Assembly (NCBI GenBank): GCA_037379345.1
Contig: CM074519.1
Span: 35,552,103 to 35,616,102, forward strand
Source: Perna viridis
Lineage: Eukaryota
Direction of reading: 5' to 3'
Length of the DNA stretch: 64,000 nt
In this document: piece after piece, positions 1 to 11,845 of the stretch
How positions within the stretch are numbered: the first letter of the stretch is position 1
Layout: the number at the start of each line of letters is the position of its first letter
Translations under genes and position numbers: made by a program
Notes under the pieces: generated by a model
Databases searched by the model: none
Told to the model about the DNA's origin: nothing
The model's input: only the letters and a program-made list of their open reading frames with translations

Positions 1-349
1 AGAACATTTTATATTTTTGAACCATTGATAGATAAACTTACTTGTTTATACAGAGGAATGGGTTGTTATCGATAAAAACAACGGATATGGTTAAAAGCAA
101 CAAATGCACTAGCGTACAACCTAAATACAAAATAGTAAAAACTTTCCGAGATCATCAAAAGGTCTTCATCAAATGTAAACTGAAAGGCCAAGTCAACCAA
201 AGTAATAAAGTACAAAGTAACAGAACTGTGACAATTCTTCAAAATTAAACCATTTAAGTATTTTTTTTTTTTTATGTGTACTGGTTCATTTATATTCGCA
301 TTAGAAATCAGACTATTAACTGTCCTCTATCGATGTTTGATGAGGCACG

Positions 350-582
350 CCAGTACTATGTAGTTGCCAGGGATTGTACTACAGAACTATGTACTAGCCA
401 GGGATTTTATTATAAAACTATGTACCTTCCAGGGATTCTACTCCAATACTATGCACTATCCAGGAATTTTACTCCAGTTCAATGTACTAGCCATGGATTT
501 TACCATGTACTACCCAGGGATTTAACTATAATCTATCTATAGTCTAGGGATTTTACTATAGTATCACGTAGTAGCTAGGGAT
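350..582. repeat. 31-bp minisatellite, left half (interrupted by LTR element)
   Basis: Degenerate tandem units of consensus ~GGATTTTACTATAGTATCATGTACTAGCCAG; the array resumes at 5581. Confidence 0.8.
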
Positions 583-932
583 TATGATAGGACAGTACTT
601 AGACATTATTGATTAAATTGTTATTGTTGAGAAAGGGAGAAATGTATAATGACTTTAAGAATTAATATTGTCTATGTTAACTATAAATTGAATTATATGC
701 ATGTACGGGTAAACTGAACACATAGAATGTTTATGTCCAGATTCACATTGATTGATGGATGTGTCTTATATAATTGAATGGTATATACTCTTGAACATGT
801 TGTATATTCGGAGAGCTCGCTTTTACTCTTGAACATGTTGTATATTCGGAGAGCTCGCTTTTACTCTTGTAATAAACGTTACAGTCAGTTTTACTTGTAT
901 TGGCATTATAGTCCGTACCAGACTCTACCACA
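583..932 (+). repeat. 5' LTR (350 bp)
   Basis: TATGATAG...CTACCACA; differs from the 3' LTR by 3 substitutions, a 38-bp tandem duplication and a 3-bp indel; AATAAA near the 3' end. Confidence 0.92.
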
Positions 933-938
933 TATTTT

Positions 939-950
939 TGGTGCCGTGAC
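939..950 (+). promoter_or_regulatory. Primer-binding site complementary to the tRNA-His 3' end
   Basis: TGGTGCCGTGAC 6 nt after the 5' LTR; reverse complement of the eukaryotic tRNA-His 3' end (...GUCACGGCACCA). Confidence 0.8.
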
Positions 951-1008
951 AGTTCGTTCCTGAAAGTAAGTCGCTTTAATGTTATGTTAGATTTTGTTTT
1001 CTGTTAAA

Positions 1009-1437
1009 ATGACTGACCAAAATCCATTTGATGGATTGACTGCACAATTAGCTAGCTTGTCGAATTCAGTAAATGTACAAACAGTTCTTAATCGTATAAA
1101 GCCGTTTCACGGGGATTCAAAAGATTTTAAAGGTTGGGTTAAGGCTCTAGTAAAAACATGCTTTTATCAGTAAGATACCTGCTCATGAAATTAAACAATT
1201 ACCTTTATTGACTTCTAAGGGTTATGTGACACTATTCAACGCAGGCTTACAAATTTTCCAGAAGAAACTTGGGAAGGGTTAAAGAAAGAATTGAATGCTC
1301 GTTTTGGTACTGTTTCTGATGCTCATTTCGCGGGAAAATGCTAAGAAGAATTAGGCAAAAACATGATGAAAATGTTCAATTGTTTTCTGAAAGGTTATTA
1401 AATTTGGCTGAGGAAGCATATGGTGATCTGCCGGGGT
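1009..1437 (+). pseudogene. gag: gag remnant (frameshifted)
   Basis: MTDQNPFDG...IKPFHGDSKDFKGWVKAL; then WEGLKKELNARFG and RQKHDENVQLFSERLLNLA (Gag major-homology-like Q-x3-E-x-V-x2-F-x2-RL) in shifted frames. Confidence 0.75.
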
Positions 1438-1853
1438 AAATTTTAATGTCAATAGTGAATGTATTGTAGTCTTGTTATTGTCTACACACTCTATTATGGT
1501 TGACTCAAACCAAGAATGGACTAAGATTCATGCTTCAAACAAATCATGTACCAAATGTATTGCGGATAGCAAAATAGTGATGTAAGGTTACATTTTTTAT
1601 GTTCCTGATAAGTTGTGAAGTTATGGAACTAGAGAACGTTGGTTCATAGGTCAAATATATTCTGGTCGAATTTTTTTTTCTTCTGATGGTTTCTATAAAA
1701 TCTTATTCTTTCTTTGATATTCCCTAGATGCAAATTACTATTCACAGAACTTCACTTCTATTTTTATTGGTGCATACGTAATTTTATCTTTTGTTATTGT
1801 CAGCTCCACTTGTCGTCGCGTATATATACGAGAAGTGGTCGGTTGTATTTAAT

Positions 1854-2066
1854 TAGTTGAAGCTGTTAGGTATATGGCTTCATGGCAGTTCGCACGCGTT
1901 GTTGTTTTGTTTAGTTGAAGCTGTTATAAATATGGCTTTATGGCAGTTCGCCGTTATTATTTTAATTATAGTTGAAGCCGTTAGATATATGGCTCTATGG
2001 CAGTTTGCCGTTATTGTTTTATTTAGTTGAGGCCGTTAGATATATGGCTGTATGGCAGTTGGCCGT
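1854..2066. repeat. Four ~55-58-bp tandem repeats inside the LTR element
   Basis: TAGTTGAAGCYGTTAGATATATGGCTNTATGGCAGTT-like units starting near 1854, 1912, 1969, 2024. Confidence 0.85.
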
Positions 2067-3401
2067 CATTTGAACGTAGATAACGTTGTTTTTATGTTAC
2101 TAGAGGTAACATTGTTGACCGAGGCAATAAGAAAACACAGAAATGCGTATGTAGTAATGAGGTGCATCGTGAAGTTTTGTGAAAAGTTATTAAGTTGCTC
2201 TGAATTGGTTATCCAGATTTTGATTTGGTCTTTCTTACCATTTAGTTATTTTAGGCATGTTTAGCATGCTTAAAATTTGCCGAGCATACTTTATTTAAAA
2301 TGCATAGGAGTATTTTTGAAGTTGATTTTTTTTTATTATTAATTGTTAGGGATTATTTATTTATTGGCGGCCGTATTTTCGGATTATTGAAACGTGTCAA
2401 AATTAAGCAGGAATCTATTTCAGAGACTGATATAGATACTGATACGGAAGTAAGTACTACAACTTTCTCTGGTGAATATTCTTCTCCTTTTTCTTCGTCA
2501 CATTCTGATAAGTACATTTCAGAATCCTTTTCGTCGAAGGTCGGCTCAACGGGGTCAACCAAGCTTTCAAGCAGTGGAGAAGAGATGTCAGTGGATGCTG
2601 TTACTCCAAAACATATACTTCCATCAAGTAAGAAACGTCGTCATCATAAATCCTCAAAAGGGAATGAGACATTGAAATTGACTTTAGATGTCTTTGCAGT
2701 GCGTTTAATTCATTGTCATATTGATCTTGTAGTTCTGTTGTCAATTTTATTGTGCACAGTTAAAGTTTTTATTAGTTGTCTGTGAAGACTTCAGATGTTC
2801 ACAAAAGTTTTCATTGTAGTCATATCATTCATTTTCATTGTTTTATTTTTTATTCATTTTGAAATCATTAGTTATGGTTCCTTAAAGTTAACTAGAAAAT
2901 GGTGGTTCAGATCGAATTCAGTTGAACTCGTTGGCATTTAGCCAAAGCTTTAGAAATTATCTGTTGTTATAACATTGGGTTCGTGTATCTTTTATGCAGA
3001 TGGCACTTTACTTCAGAGAACCTGAAAATGAACCAGCCATGTTAACATTTCTGGCAGTATTTCTGATTCGCTTACAGAAGAGCCGTTTTGCCAAAGCTGG
3101 CGCCTTGATTATCAGTTTCTGGAACGCTATTCCAGACATTACCCTATCGGGACAATACAGCATGTACATAATAAATATGATTGTGTTCTTTTTTGTTCAT
3201 TCATTTTGGTGTCTAATTGCGCTTATGTTAGTAAACTATTTGTGTTTTAATCCACTTAATTGCTTTCATGAGTGCGCCTTCGTTTATTGTGGTTTTAGTT
3301 GTTGAGTTGTATGTTTTGTATCTCATATGCATATTTCGTTGTTTCATTTTAGTTGTTTTGTTGTATAATTTGACTAGTTTTTGGTCTTATTTATTGTAGA
3401 G

Positions 3402-4667
3402 ATGGTGATGTTCCATCTGGTTGTCTTCTTGCTCTTTGGTTCTTTGGTCGTAATCAGAAAACGATTACACATGTAGTGTCCAAAAGTATATATCTATTTT
3501 AAATATGACGAGAAATGAGGTTTTACAAAATAGGGAACTTCAAAATTCATTGGTCACTAAGTATAGGGGACTCATAGGTCGTCTGCAATACAGAATTTTA
3601 GAGAAACATATTGTAAGTGTAGAAAATTTCAAGATACTTAATTTTCATTGGCGGGGTTTAGTTAAAGGAATTCTTTTCATGATTGAAAAAGATTTATTTT
3701 ATTTAGTTAATTTGAAACTTCAGTTATAAATTAGAAAGTAATGCATTGGCAGTTAATAAGGCTAGAATGCAATATGTGCTATTGACTCCAGATGAATTAA
3801 AACAGTGTTCCAATCCATTAGTCGGGTTTTGCAACATTAAAAGTACAGTCTACCCAGTAAACTTAAGTAAGACCTGCATTATTACTCTTTTCATGAAAAA
3901 CAAAAATATCTTAAATACACGTTGCCAAACACTCATTTATCCTAATTCGATTCTACCTATGGCAGATCACATACGGGAAGGTCTTTGGGTAATAGCCACA
4001 CAAAAAAGATTAAGATTCTCTGTAGTTTGTCGTCATCCTTCCCAATTATCTACCACAAGAATAAATTCACCTATTGGATTAGTAAAGTTACAAACTTCTT
4101 GTTCTGCTAATAGTGATTCTTTAACACTTTTACCATATTACAAGGGTGAAGACCGTTTTCAAAGTTCACAACCATTAAAAAGATTAATTAAATTTACAAT
4201 GTGTCTGAACTCACAATATAGCAACCTTTTCATTTAGCTTTGCCTAATTTTACTATTGATGAGCTTCCTAACACATTGCAACATATGGAAACCATACCAA
4301 TGGCGAATTTAATCAGTCAGTTAAAAGATTTACGAACAATTGATACTAGTTTTCAAATTCCAAATTGGGTATATGCAGGTATCTCATTGTTAATTGCCAT
4401 ATTAATTGGGGTTGGGATATTTTGTTATTGTCGACAAGCTAGTTTTTGCAGACACTCATGGTTGGCCAGAAAAAAAACAGAGGCAAGTCTGACGAACATG
4501 AAGCAGCTGAAAATGGGTATAAACTGGTGCCAACGGTGTCGACAGATGCTGACTCTGGGTTACGTGATAGACGATACTGCGATTTAGACGAAAACAAAGT
4601 AGAGCAAGTGGTCATGAAAACAGTCTCCAAGATATATGCTTCGTTCGAGGCGCAACACAATCGTTAA
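3402..4667 (+). pseudogene. env: env remnant, baculovirus-F / errantivirus-type fusion glycoprotein-like (broken)
   Basis: Hydrophobic leader MVMFHLVVFLLFGSL at 3402; heptad-like NQKTITHVVSKSISILNMTRNEVLQNR; Cys-rich block ELKQC..FCNIK..YPVNLSKTCIITLF..RC..WVIA..C..C; TM WVYAGISLLIAILIGVGIFCYC; split over ORFs 3505-3729, 3746-4237, 4240-4587/4667; lies just before the PPT. Confidence 0.7.
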
Positions 4668-4734
4668 CAACCCTTAGCAGTGATGGCAATTAGACGGGAG
4701 ACGAATATGGCAAACTCACACAAACTGACGATAC

Positions 4735-4992
4735 TATATAATCATGGAACAGAGGAGAGCTGGAGCGCAGTTGACGGTGTTAGTGAATTTGTAGCTGTAT
4801 AACCGAACTTTTACAATTTGTAGCTGTATAATTGAACTTTTACAATTTATAGCTGTATAATCGAACTTTTACATTATATAATCATGGAGCAGAGGAGAGC
4901 TGGAGCGCAGTTGACGGTGTTGGTGACTTTGTAACTGTATAAACAAACGTTTACATTATATAATCATGGAGCAGAGGAGAGCTGGAGCGCGG
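4735..4992. repeat. Repeats in the 3' non-coding region of the LTR element
   Basis: TATATAATCATGGARCAGAGGAGAGCTGGAGCGC x3, interspersed with TTTGTAGCTGTATAA..GAACTTTTACA units. Confidence 0.8.
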
Positions 4993-5256
4993 ATGATTTG
5001 TAAATAAACTCATTGATCTGTTATTATATTATTGAACTTGATGTTCCAGTAACGATAGGATCGGAACTTCATTTATCATCTTCATGCGGTGTCGGACATT
5101 GACATTCATCTTTATATAACTTTTCTCATTTGATGTGTGCCTAGTTTCTGGTGACGGATTTTTCAAAATAAACTTGACTGTACACAATTAGCGAGTACTA
5201 CCACAATGCAAGTACGGTTACCGGCCTGTTTGCTGAATTATCTACGATAATTCTTT

Positions 5257-5271
5257 GAGAAAGGGAGGAAA
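5257..5271 (+). promoter_or_regulatory. Polypurine tract
   Basis: GAGAAAGGGAGGAAA abutting the 3' LTR. Confidence 0.85.
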
Positions 5272-5580
5272 TATGGTAGGACAGTACTTAGACATTATTG
5301 ATTAAATTGTTATTGTTGAGAAAGGGAGGAATGTATAATGACTTTAAGAATTAATATTGTCTATGTTAACTATAAATTGAATTATATGCATGTACGGGTA
5401 AACTGGACACATAGAATGTTTATGTCCAGATTCACATTGATTGATGGATGTGTCTTATATAATTGAATGGTATATACTCTTGAACATGTATATTCGGAGA
5501 GCTCGCTTTTACTCTTGTAATAAACGTTACAGTCAGTTTTACTTGTATTGGCATTATAGTCCGTACCAGACTCTACCACA
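5272..5580 (+). repeat. 3' LTR (309 bp)
   Basis: TATGGTAG...CTACCACA (imperfect terminal inverted repeat), followed by TSD GGAT. Confidence 0.92.
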
Positions 5581-5765
5581 GGATTTAACTACAGTACCGT
5601 GTACTATCTAGGGATTTTACTATAGTATCACGTACTAGCCAGGGATTTAACTACAGTACTATGTACTGTCTAGGGATTATACTATAGTATTATGTACTAG
5701 CCAGGGATTTAACTACTGTATACTGTCTATGGATTTCACTATAGTATCATGTACTAGCCATGGAT
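5581..5765. repeat. 31-bp minisatellite, right half (alternating A/B units)
   Basis: GGATTTAACTACAGTAC..TGTACT.TCTAG alternates with GGATT.TACTATAGTAT..YGTACTAGCCAG. Confidence 0.8.
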
Positions 5766-5778
5766 TGAAACCGGGACA

Positions 5779-7241
5779 ACGTTACGCACGCTATTGCGGC
5801 TGTGTTGAAAAAAAAACACACCAAAACTATAAATAACTTTTGTAAACACTCAAAAATGTGAATATGTGAAAGCTGTATACTGTTGGAATCAGTACAAATT
5901 ATTAGTTCTGAATATTTGTCCTAATTCTTTACAATCAATTAAACTTGTCAAAAACCCGCAAAAACGTCAAAATTTCACCTGTCAAGTGTAACGAACTATA
6001 GACTCAAAAAAGCTAAAATCGTGAATTGCGCTATTGCAGAGGGTACGAAATTCGCCAAATTTTGCATGGAAGAATAACTGTATATATGTTCTTTTTTAGA
6101 TAATTATCGAAATTGCGTTAATTTTAAGCAAAAAATATATTCAATGCAGAAATGAGGGTTGATAAATTGTCAGATTTCTAAAAGTGTTCAGTAATAAAAT
6201 TCTGTTATTAAAGTAAGAACTTATTTACACAATATTCTTTTCCGATTAATATTTCCTATAAATGTACATACTTTCAGCAATTCAACGTCGGCATTTGATA
6301 AAACTTTCAGTACAAAGAAAGAAGTTACGGCTTTTTGAAAATGTCTCAAGAAATGTCAGATGTCAATATTTTACGGGTTCGTTGAGAATGGGGAAATAAA
6401 ACGGAAATATTTTCCGCTTATGATAACAAAAACCAGACACTTATACTCGTCTCTTTAATTACAAGTATCGAACATGCAACTGAAAGAGACAAAAAATCGA
6501 AATCGATCGTATAAAAAAAGACTAAAAGTATCTATATTTGTCTTATTAATAAACGAAAGAATATGAATAAAACAAAAAAGAACTGAATAATTTTTTAGTT
6601 TAGACACAAGGAATTCGACCGGAGCGGAATGACCGAAACGCAACATAGAGTTGACAGAAGTTTAAAATAAGTATAGAAAAGCAGAATGCTTATAGATAGA
6701 ATGAAAGTAGAAAAGGGGGTCATAAACATTTTTTATTTAGGAAAGCGCAAATGAGCAAATGAAATGAAAATCAATGAGCGGCTATATACATTTTGTAAGG
6801 CTGTTGATGAAAACCCGATTTTGTGATGAATAGAAAGCTCTTTCAATCGAAATACTAAGTTGTAGAAGGTCCAAATTCTGCTATTGGTACATGTAACTAA
6901 ATCATACATGTATATCAAAATGCACAATTTAACTTACCTTAGGAGAAACTTGCAGTATCCCCTCTCTAGACAGAGTGCGCATATATGTTGCGGTTGCATT
7001 CGACGCTGCTGTGCTCATGCATGTGCTAATTGAAGTTACTGATATTACTGATAATCAATTTAATTATTTTTTTTCGATTTTCTAAGAAATGTTCAAGATG
7101 TTTCAATTGCTACCAATCAAATAATTATTGTATGTATTGCTATACTGTACACGTGTTTCAGTAAGCAAGCAAGAAACGAAAAGTGTTGCCAAACGTCGAT
7201 TTCCGACGTTACCGCATATGATGCAATAGCGTGCGTAACGT
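5779..7241. mobile_element. Putative non-autonomous DNA transposon bounded by a 19-bp inverted repeat
   Basis: ACGTTACGCACGCTATTGC (5779-5797) and its exact reverse complement (7223-7241); no ORF; no TSD found. Confidence 0.5.
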
Positions 7242-8240
7242 CGATGCTCTCCAAAGTCACAAAACGAAAAATGCTTGTTTCATTTCTTCTTTGTAGCAAA
7301 ATTGCTATAAAAATGTTAAAAGGAAATTTGAAAGACGAAGCAAAAACCAAGAGACGGGACCAACATAAAGAAGCAAACGGAAAATCATGTTCATGACGAA
7401 TAAAACATTTATATGGTTTTCACTGCCATTTTTTTTTTTCTTTCAAGTTTATTTTTATCTAACATATTTTATATAAATCTTCCCTGATATTGTTAAACCT
7501 CGGATACACTTCAGTATAGGTTTTAGTGATGATGACATTTGCGCACTAATTCCAATAAGTAAAAATATATTGAGTAGTTCTACTTTTTCAGTTCATTAGA
7601 GATAATGGGCCAATTATCAACCCCGTGGCTTGTGTTTAGGAACTACACACTATCAATTGATCAAAACCAAAGAAACAGGGATCGCAAGGCTTAAATTTTA
7701 AAAGATTACAATCTATGCTACCTGTTACAAATATTTTGATACAGAAAAGTTTGGCACTTAAAGGCAAACCTTGGCTTGACCTTTTCGCAATAATGACGAG
7801 CATTTAATGCAATCGTCTCGCATATAAATATAATGTATGAAGTTTGTATATAGAATACACTCATGTCTTTTCAAAAATCTATCATAAATGCATACAATGC
7901 TAGTGTTTCATTTGCTTATTTGTTCTATGTAGATTTTAAAAATATGTATGTTTGTACGTGGTGTGACTATAATAAAATATTGAATCTGTAATTATTATTT
8001 TTTTCACTAGTTATCATAAAGTTTAGATGATACTTATTTTTATGCAAGTGACAAATATCTAAAAAAAAAAATGTATATCTCCAGTACACTAGGTTTCCTC
8101 CCTTATTAGACAACATCTCATTGATTTTTTTTCTGAAGGGTGCTGTAAACTGAGGAACTGGAAACAAGAGTTAGTACAATTGTACATGTATATCAAACAT
8201 GATTTTTATAATGCATTTTGTTGCTTAGGGTACTTGGCCT

Positions 8241-9178
8241 ATATGGAAATTTAGATGCGGTAGTCACCGTCTGCCAATCGAGACGGGAAGGTGGCAAGGC
8301 GTCCCTAGAAACGAGAGACTCTGTCAACTTTGCGACTCGAGTGACATCGGTGACAAATTCCATTACATTCTATCTTGCAAATATATTTCTTTAGTTAGAA
8401 TAAAATTACTTCTTGAGTGTTGTTGGAAAAATAATAATATTTTTATTATTGAAAATCTATTTATTACAACAAATGTTATAGATTTGTTTGTTGGGGTTTA
8501 ACGTCTGAGCAGCAATATTTCAGCTATATTCAGACAATGAACATGAAATTGATGATAAAATGAACATGAAATGATGAAGAAATGAAAAGGGGATGGGACA
8601 CAAGGACAATGGGGTCGACAAATTTTGATTGCCACTGAAAATAGGGAGAGGTGGGTAGGGTCGGGCAATTTAGCCTCTTGTGGCGGAGCCCTATGGTTTC
8701 TACTCCGGGAGAATACCACAGTAGGGTTCTTTAACGTGCGAGGAACGTGGCATCTTTCCCAACACGGTGCACCACTATGGTTTGCGGTCAGGTTTTCCGT
8801 ATTATAGCCTGACAACCCCAGCATGTAACACGCCAGGGGTACCCCATTCCACCACCTGGGGCACACATCCCAGTTGCTCTGCGGGCAGAGCGTCCTAGCC
8901 CCCGGCTAGGGTTCTGAGCACTATTAAGTCGCCTTTTACGACAAGCTTAGCGCTGCTGCAGGCCTATTCTTTTAACACCCGGACCTGCACGGGGAACAAA
9001 TGTTATAGAAAAAATAAGCAGATTTGTAAAGATGATAAATATAAATGTCAGTCCTTCGGGTTAATCTTCCAATTTATTACGTATTGTATTTTTCACACAT
9101 GCATATAATTGTTAAACATTATTGTATATATGTTTCTACTATGTAATATGTAGTTGATAAGAATAAAGTTCATCATCA
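8241..9178 (+). mobile_element. 5'-truncated non-LTR retrotransposon 3' end (C-terminal Cys/His knuckle; RTEX/L2-group-like), interrupted by a SINE
   Basis: FRCGSHRLPIETGRWQGVPRNERLCQLCDSSDIGDKFHYILSC from 8241; the frame resumes after the SINE and stops at 9062-9064; AATAAA 9162-9167 followed by a short (CAT)n tail. Confidence 0.75.
8483..8994 (-). mobile_element. SINE-like retroposon with 15-bp TSD
   Basis: TSD AACAAATGTTATAGA at 8468-8482 and 8995-9009; minus strand ends ..TAGCTGAAATATTGCT..CGTTAAAC..(CAAA)n; central GCACGTTAAAGAACCC resembles the Meta-SINE core (from memory, unverified). Confidence 0.8.
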
Positions 9179-11845
9179 GCCTAATTGAAGTGTAATTTTG
9201 AGCTGGAACACAAATAATAAGCGAAATCTTTTGCATTGTCGTAAAGTTTCAGATGAGCTTAGTCCAGACAAGAAATTCAAAGCTGAATCCCGCGGAACTG
9301 CATCCCTTGTGAAATTGCAAATTTTTTATAAGAGTTATGAACTGCTATGTGAAAATACTGTTAAAGTTTAAACGAAATTCATGTATCATATATTATTGAA
9401 AATGTTTGCTCATTCCCTGAAAAGAGTGATTGGAATACTTTAGTAATGAATAGAAGTCTAAATCCAGACAAATAAATAAATTATCAAATTTTGCTACAGT
9501 TATGTGTTAAAAAAACATTCTTAGAGCATTTGAATCCTGGCCTCTCCCTTCTCTAAAAAAAATAAAACTCTATGCCCATGCCTCAGTTTTCTTGCTATCA
9601 TACTTAAGTTAGCGGTGAAATTAGCAAAATTAAAAGTCTGTATGCATTTTTTTATTTGGGTAACTCGAAGAAAACCACCGTACATAGTAAATAAAGACCT
9701 TCTGGTTAGAAACTAAACCTAACGATAAAGACAACCCCAACTAGCCCACCCATTCCCTTTATACCAAACGATTCTTCTTATCCAGTTCATTCAACTGCTT
9801 TGAAATAAGAGGTCGTATTAAAAAAAATATGGAAGAAATGTAACAGGTAAAATATTTATATTGCATGTATTTCCTGGGCTTTTTATAGTTATATTGCGTG
9901 GTGATCAGACAGTCTAAAATAATAAGGTCAAAAAATACAAATAAGCATAAGTGTTAGGTGGAGAAAAAACAGACTGCCAGGCTTATTTTCTGGAGGTAAT
10001 TGATTCTTTGTCTAGATTTAAATATTCATTACATTGTGTACACGAGTGAAATAAATCAACACCTTATATACAAGACAGAGAAAATTCACAAACCATATGG
10101 TAATATTTTCATGTTTTTTAATGAGTCTCCGGCGTGCTAGAGAAAATTTAAATTCTAACTAAAAGGTTTTTGAGATGTCCTTATATAGCCAGGCCAAGAA
10201 TAGAAATACCTTTGTCTTGATAGTAAAAAAAAACATTTATCTTTTCAGTAGACAACCGAAAATGCCGGTGGTTTGTTTTCACCAGAGTTAAAATATTTTC
10301 TTTGAATACATTCCTGGCATCAACAAATCGTAGAAGATTATAAAAATGTATGAATTCCTTTTAAATTAATTAATTATTGTTCTGAGTATTGATAATTAAT
10401 GTTTCAGCACTTTCAAAAGATGCTTCAAATGCTGATGCAATCGATAACATTATCATCATTATTGGTTCATATGTATCCTTCCAACTTCTTGCTAGATTTT
10501 TTACTGCCCAACCATTAAAATGATATGTACCATACTCATTAATTAAGTTAGCATTTACGTAATTTTAATTAGTTGATCTTGTTCCATTCAATACATCGTT
10601 GTTTGTGAGTTCATTATTATTCTGTAGGTATAAGCACATGTCATGCCGCTGGCATCATCACTTACAGCGGTGACATAGACTTTATTAATCACATAGACTG
10701 TACGGGGAAGTGCCGCCATTATTAAAAGGTAGGGCAATAGATGTGTTAAAGAATTTGGGTATTTTCTAAGAAATAAGAAGAAACAGGAATATCGCTGCTA
10801 CATCATTGAAACAGTGCAATGTAAGAAACCATTAATTCTATAAAAATAAATAAATAATAAATAAAAATAAAACTGTCAGACTGTTATTGAATAAGCGAGA
10901 GTAGTTGAATATCGAAACTGTCCGCCATTACACGAGCTACGATAATTTAAAAAAGTTGGTTCATTGAATCTCATTGATACTAAAAACAAATAAGCATGTT
11001 AAGAAGACAACTTGCCATATGATTTACTCGTTTAGCGTAAAAACTACTCGGATTCATATTTCCTACGTGACGGGTTTTCCAAATGTCACAAAAATATCAC
11101 TATAATAGTCACGACTGTACTGAGTATCTTGTCGGTAAGTTTTAAGGAAAATGTAGTTAACAAGACAGGTTTATCAGTGAGTGAGAATGGTACATACCGG
11201 ACTAGACCAGCTGTAACTATTATCAAATCTCCAATGGTTATTATCACTGTAACATGTATGGGAATTTAAGATATGAACAACATCTTTTTAAACAATTGAA
11301 ACTAATTTGCCAACAGATGATTAATTACAGGCTTTTAACTTTAATTACTAGAATTTTAATTGTTTTTTTAAGCCTTTAAAGTAAACAAAAGACTTAAATG
11401 TGGACGTATTTGAGAAAAGGAAATGTAATAAACCCGAAGGCTTTCATTTGTGGATTACTTCTTTCTCACTTTTTCCCATATTTGATGCCAATTATTTGAA
11501 TTATTCTAGCGGCTGTGTTTTCTTTATGATAGAACGCAGACTTTTCATACTTTCTGTAGTATCTTTAATTCTTTTTTACATAAAAAAACTTGATATCTAT
11601 CTTTTCCTGTGATTCAATAACTTATTTTGGAATCCTTGTTAATTGTTTTTTATCTTATAATTACCTTATACACATGTATAATTAGCAATAGAATAGGGTA
11701 GGGATTTCAGACGGTTATGTTGTGCGAACTTTATTGAGAGTGATGTACTTTTCTATAACAACACTTCCACGAACTTCATAAAATATAAATCAAGCATGAC
11801 AGTTTAACCTTGAATTTTTTAAAAATTGTTTTTCTCCTTTTCAGA

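Larger units (their letters stand above)
583..5580 (+). mobile_element. Non-autonomous Ty3/gypsy-like LTR retroelement with gag and env remnants, no recognisable pol
   Basis: LTRs 583-932 and 5272-5580; TSD GGAT at 579-582 and 5581-5584; PBS 939-950; PPT 5257-5271; gag-like and F-type env-like peptides. Confidence 0.9.

Noticed and set aside
743-931. Duplicate minus-strand ORFs MVESGTDYNANTSK (also 5382-5579)
   Set aside because: They lie within the two LTRs; the duplication reflects the LTRs, not a gene.
8498-8866. 122-aa minus-strand ORF
   Set aside because: Entirely inside the TSD-bounded SINE-like element; no recognisable domain.
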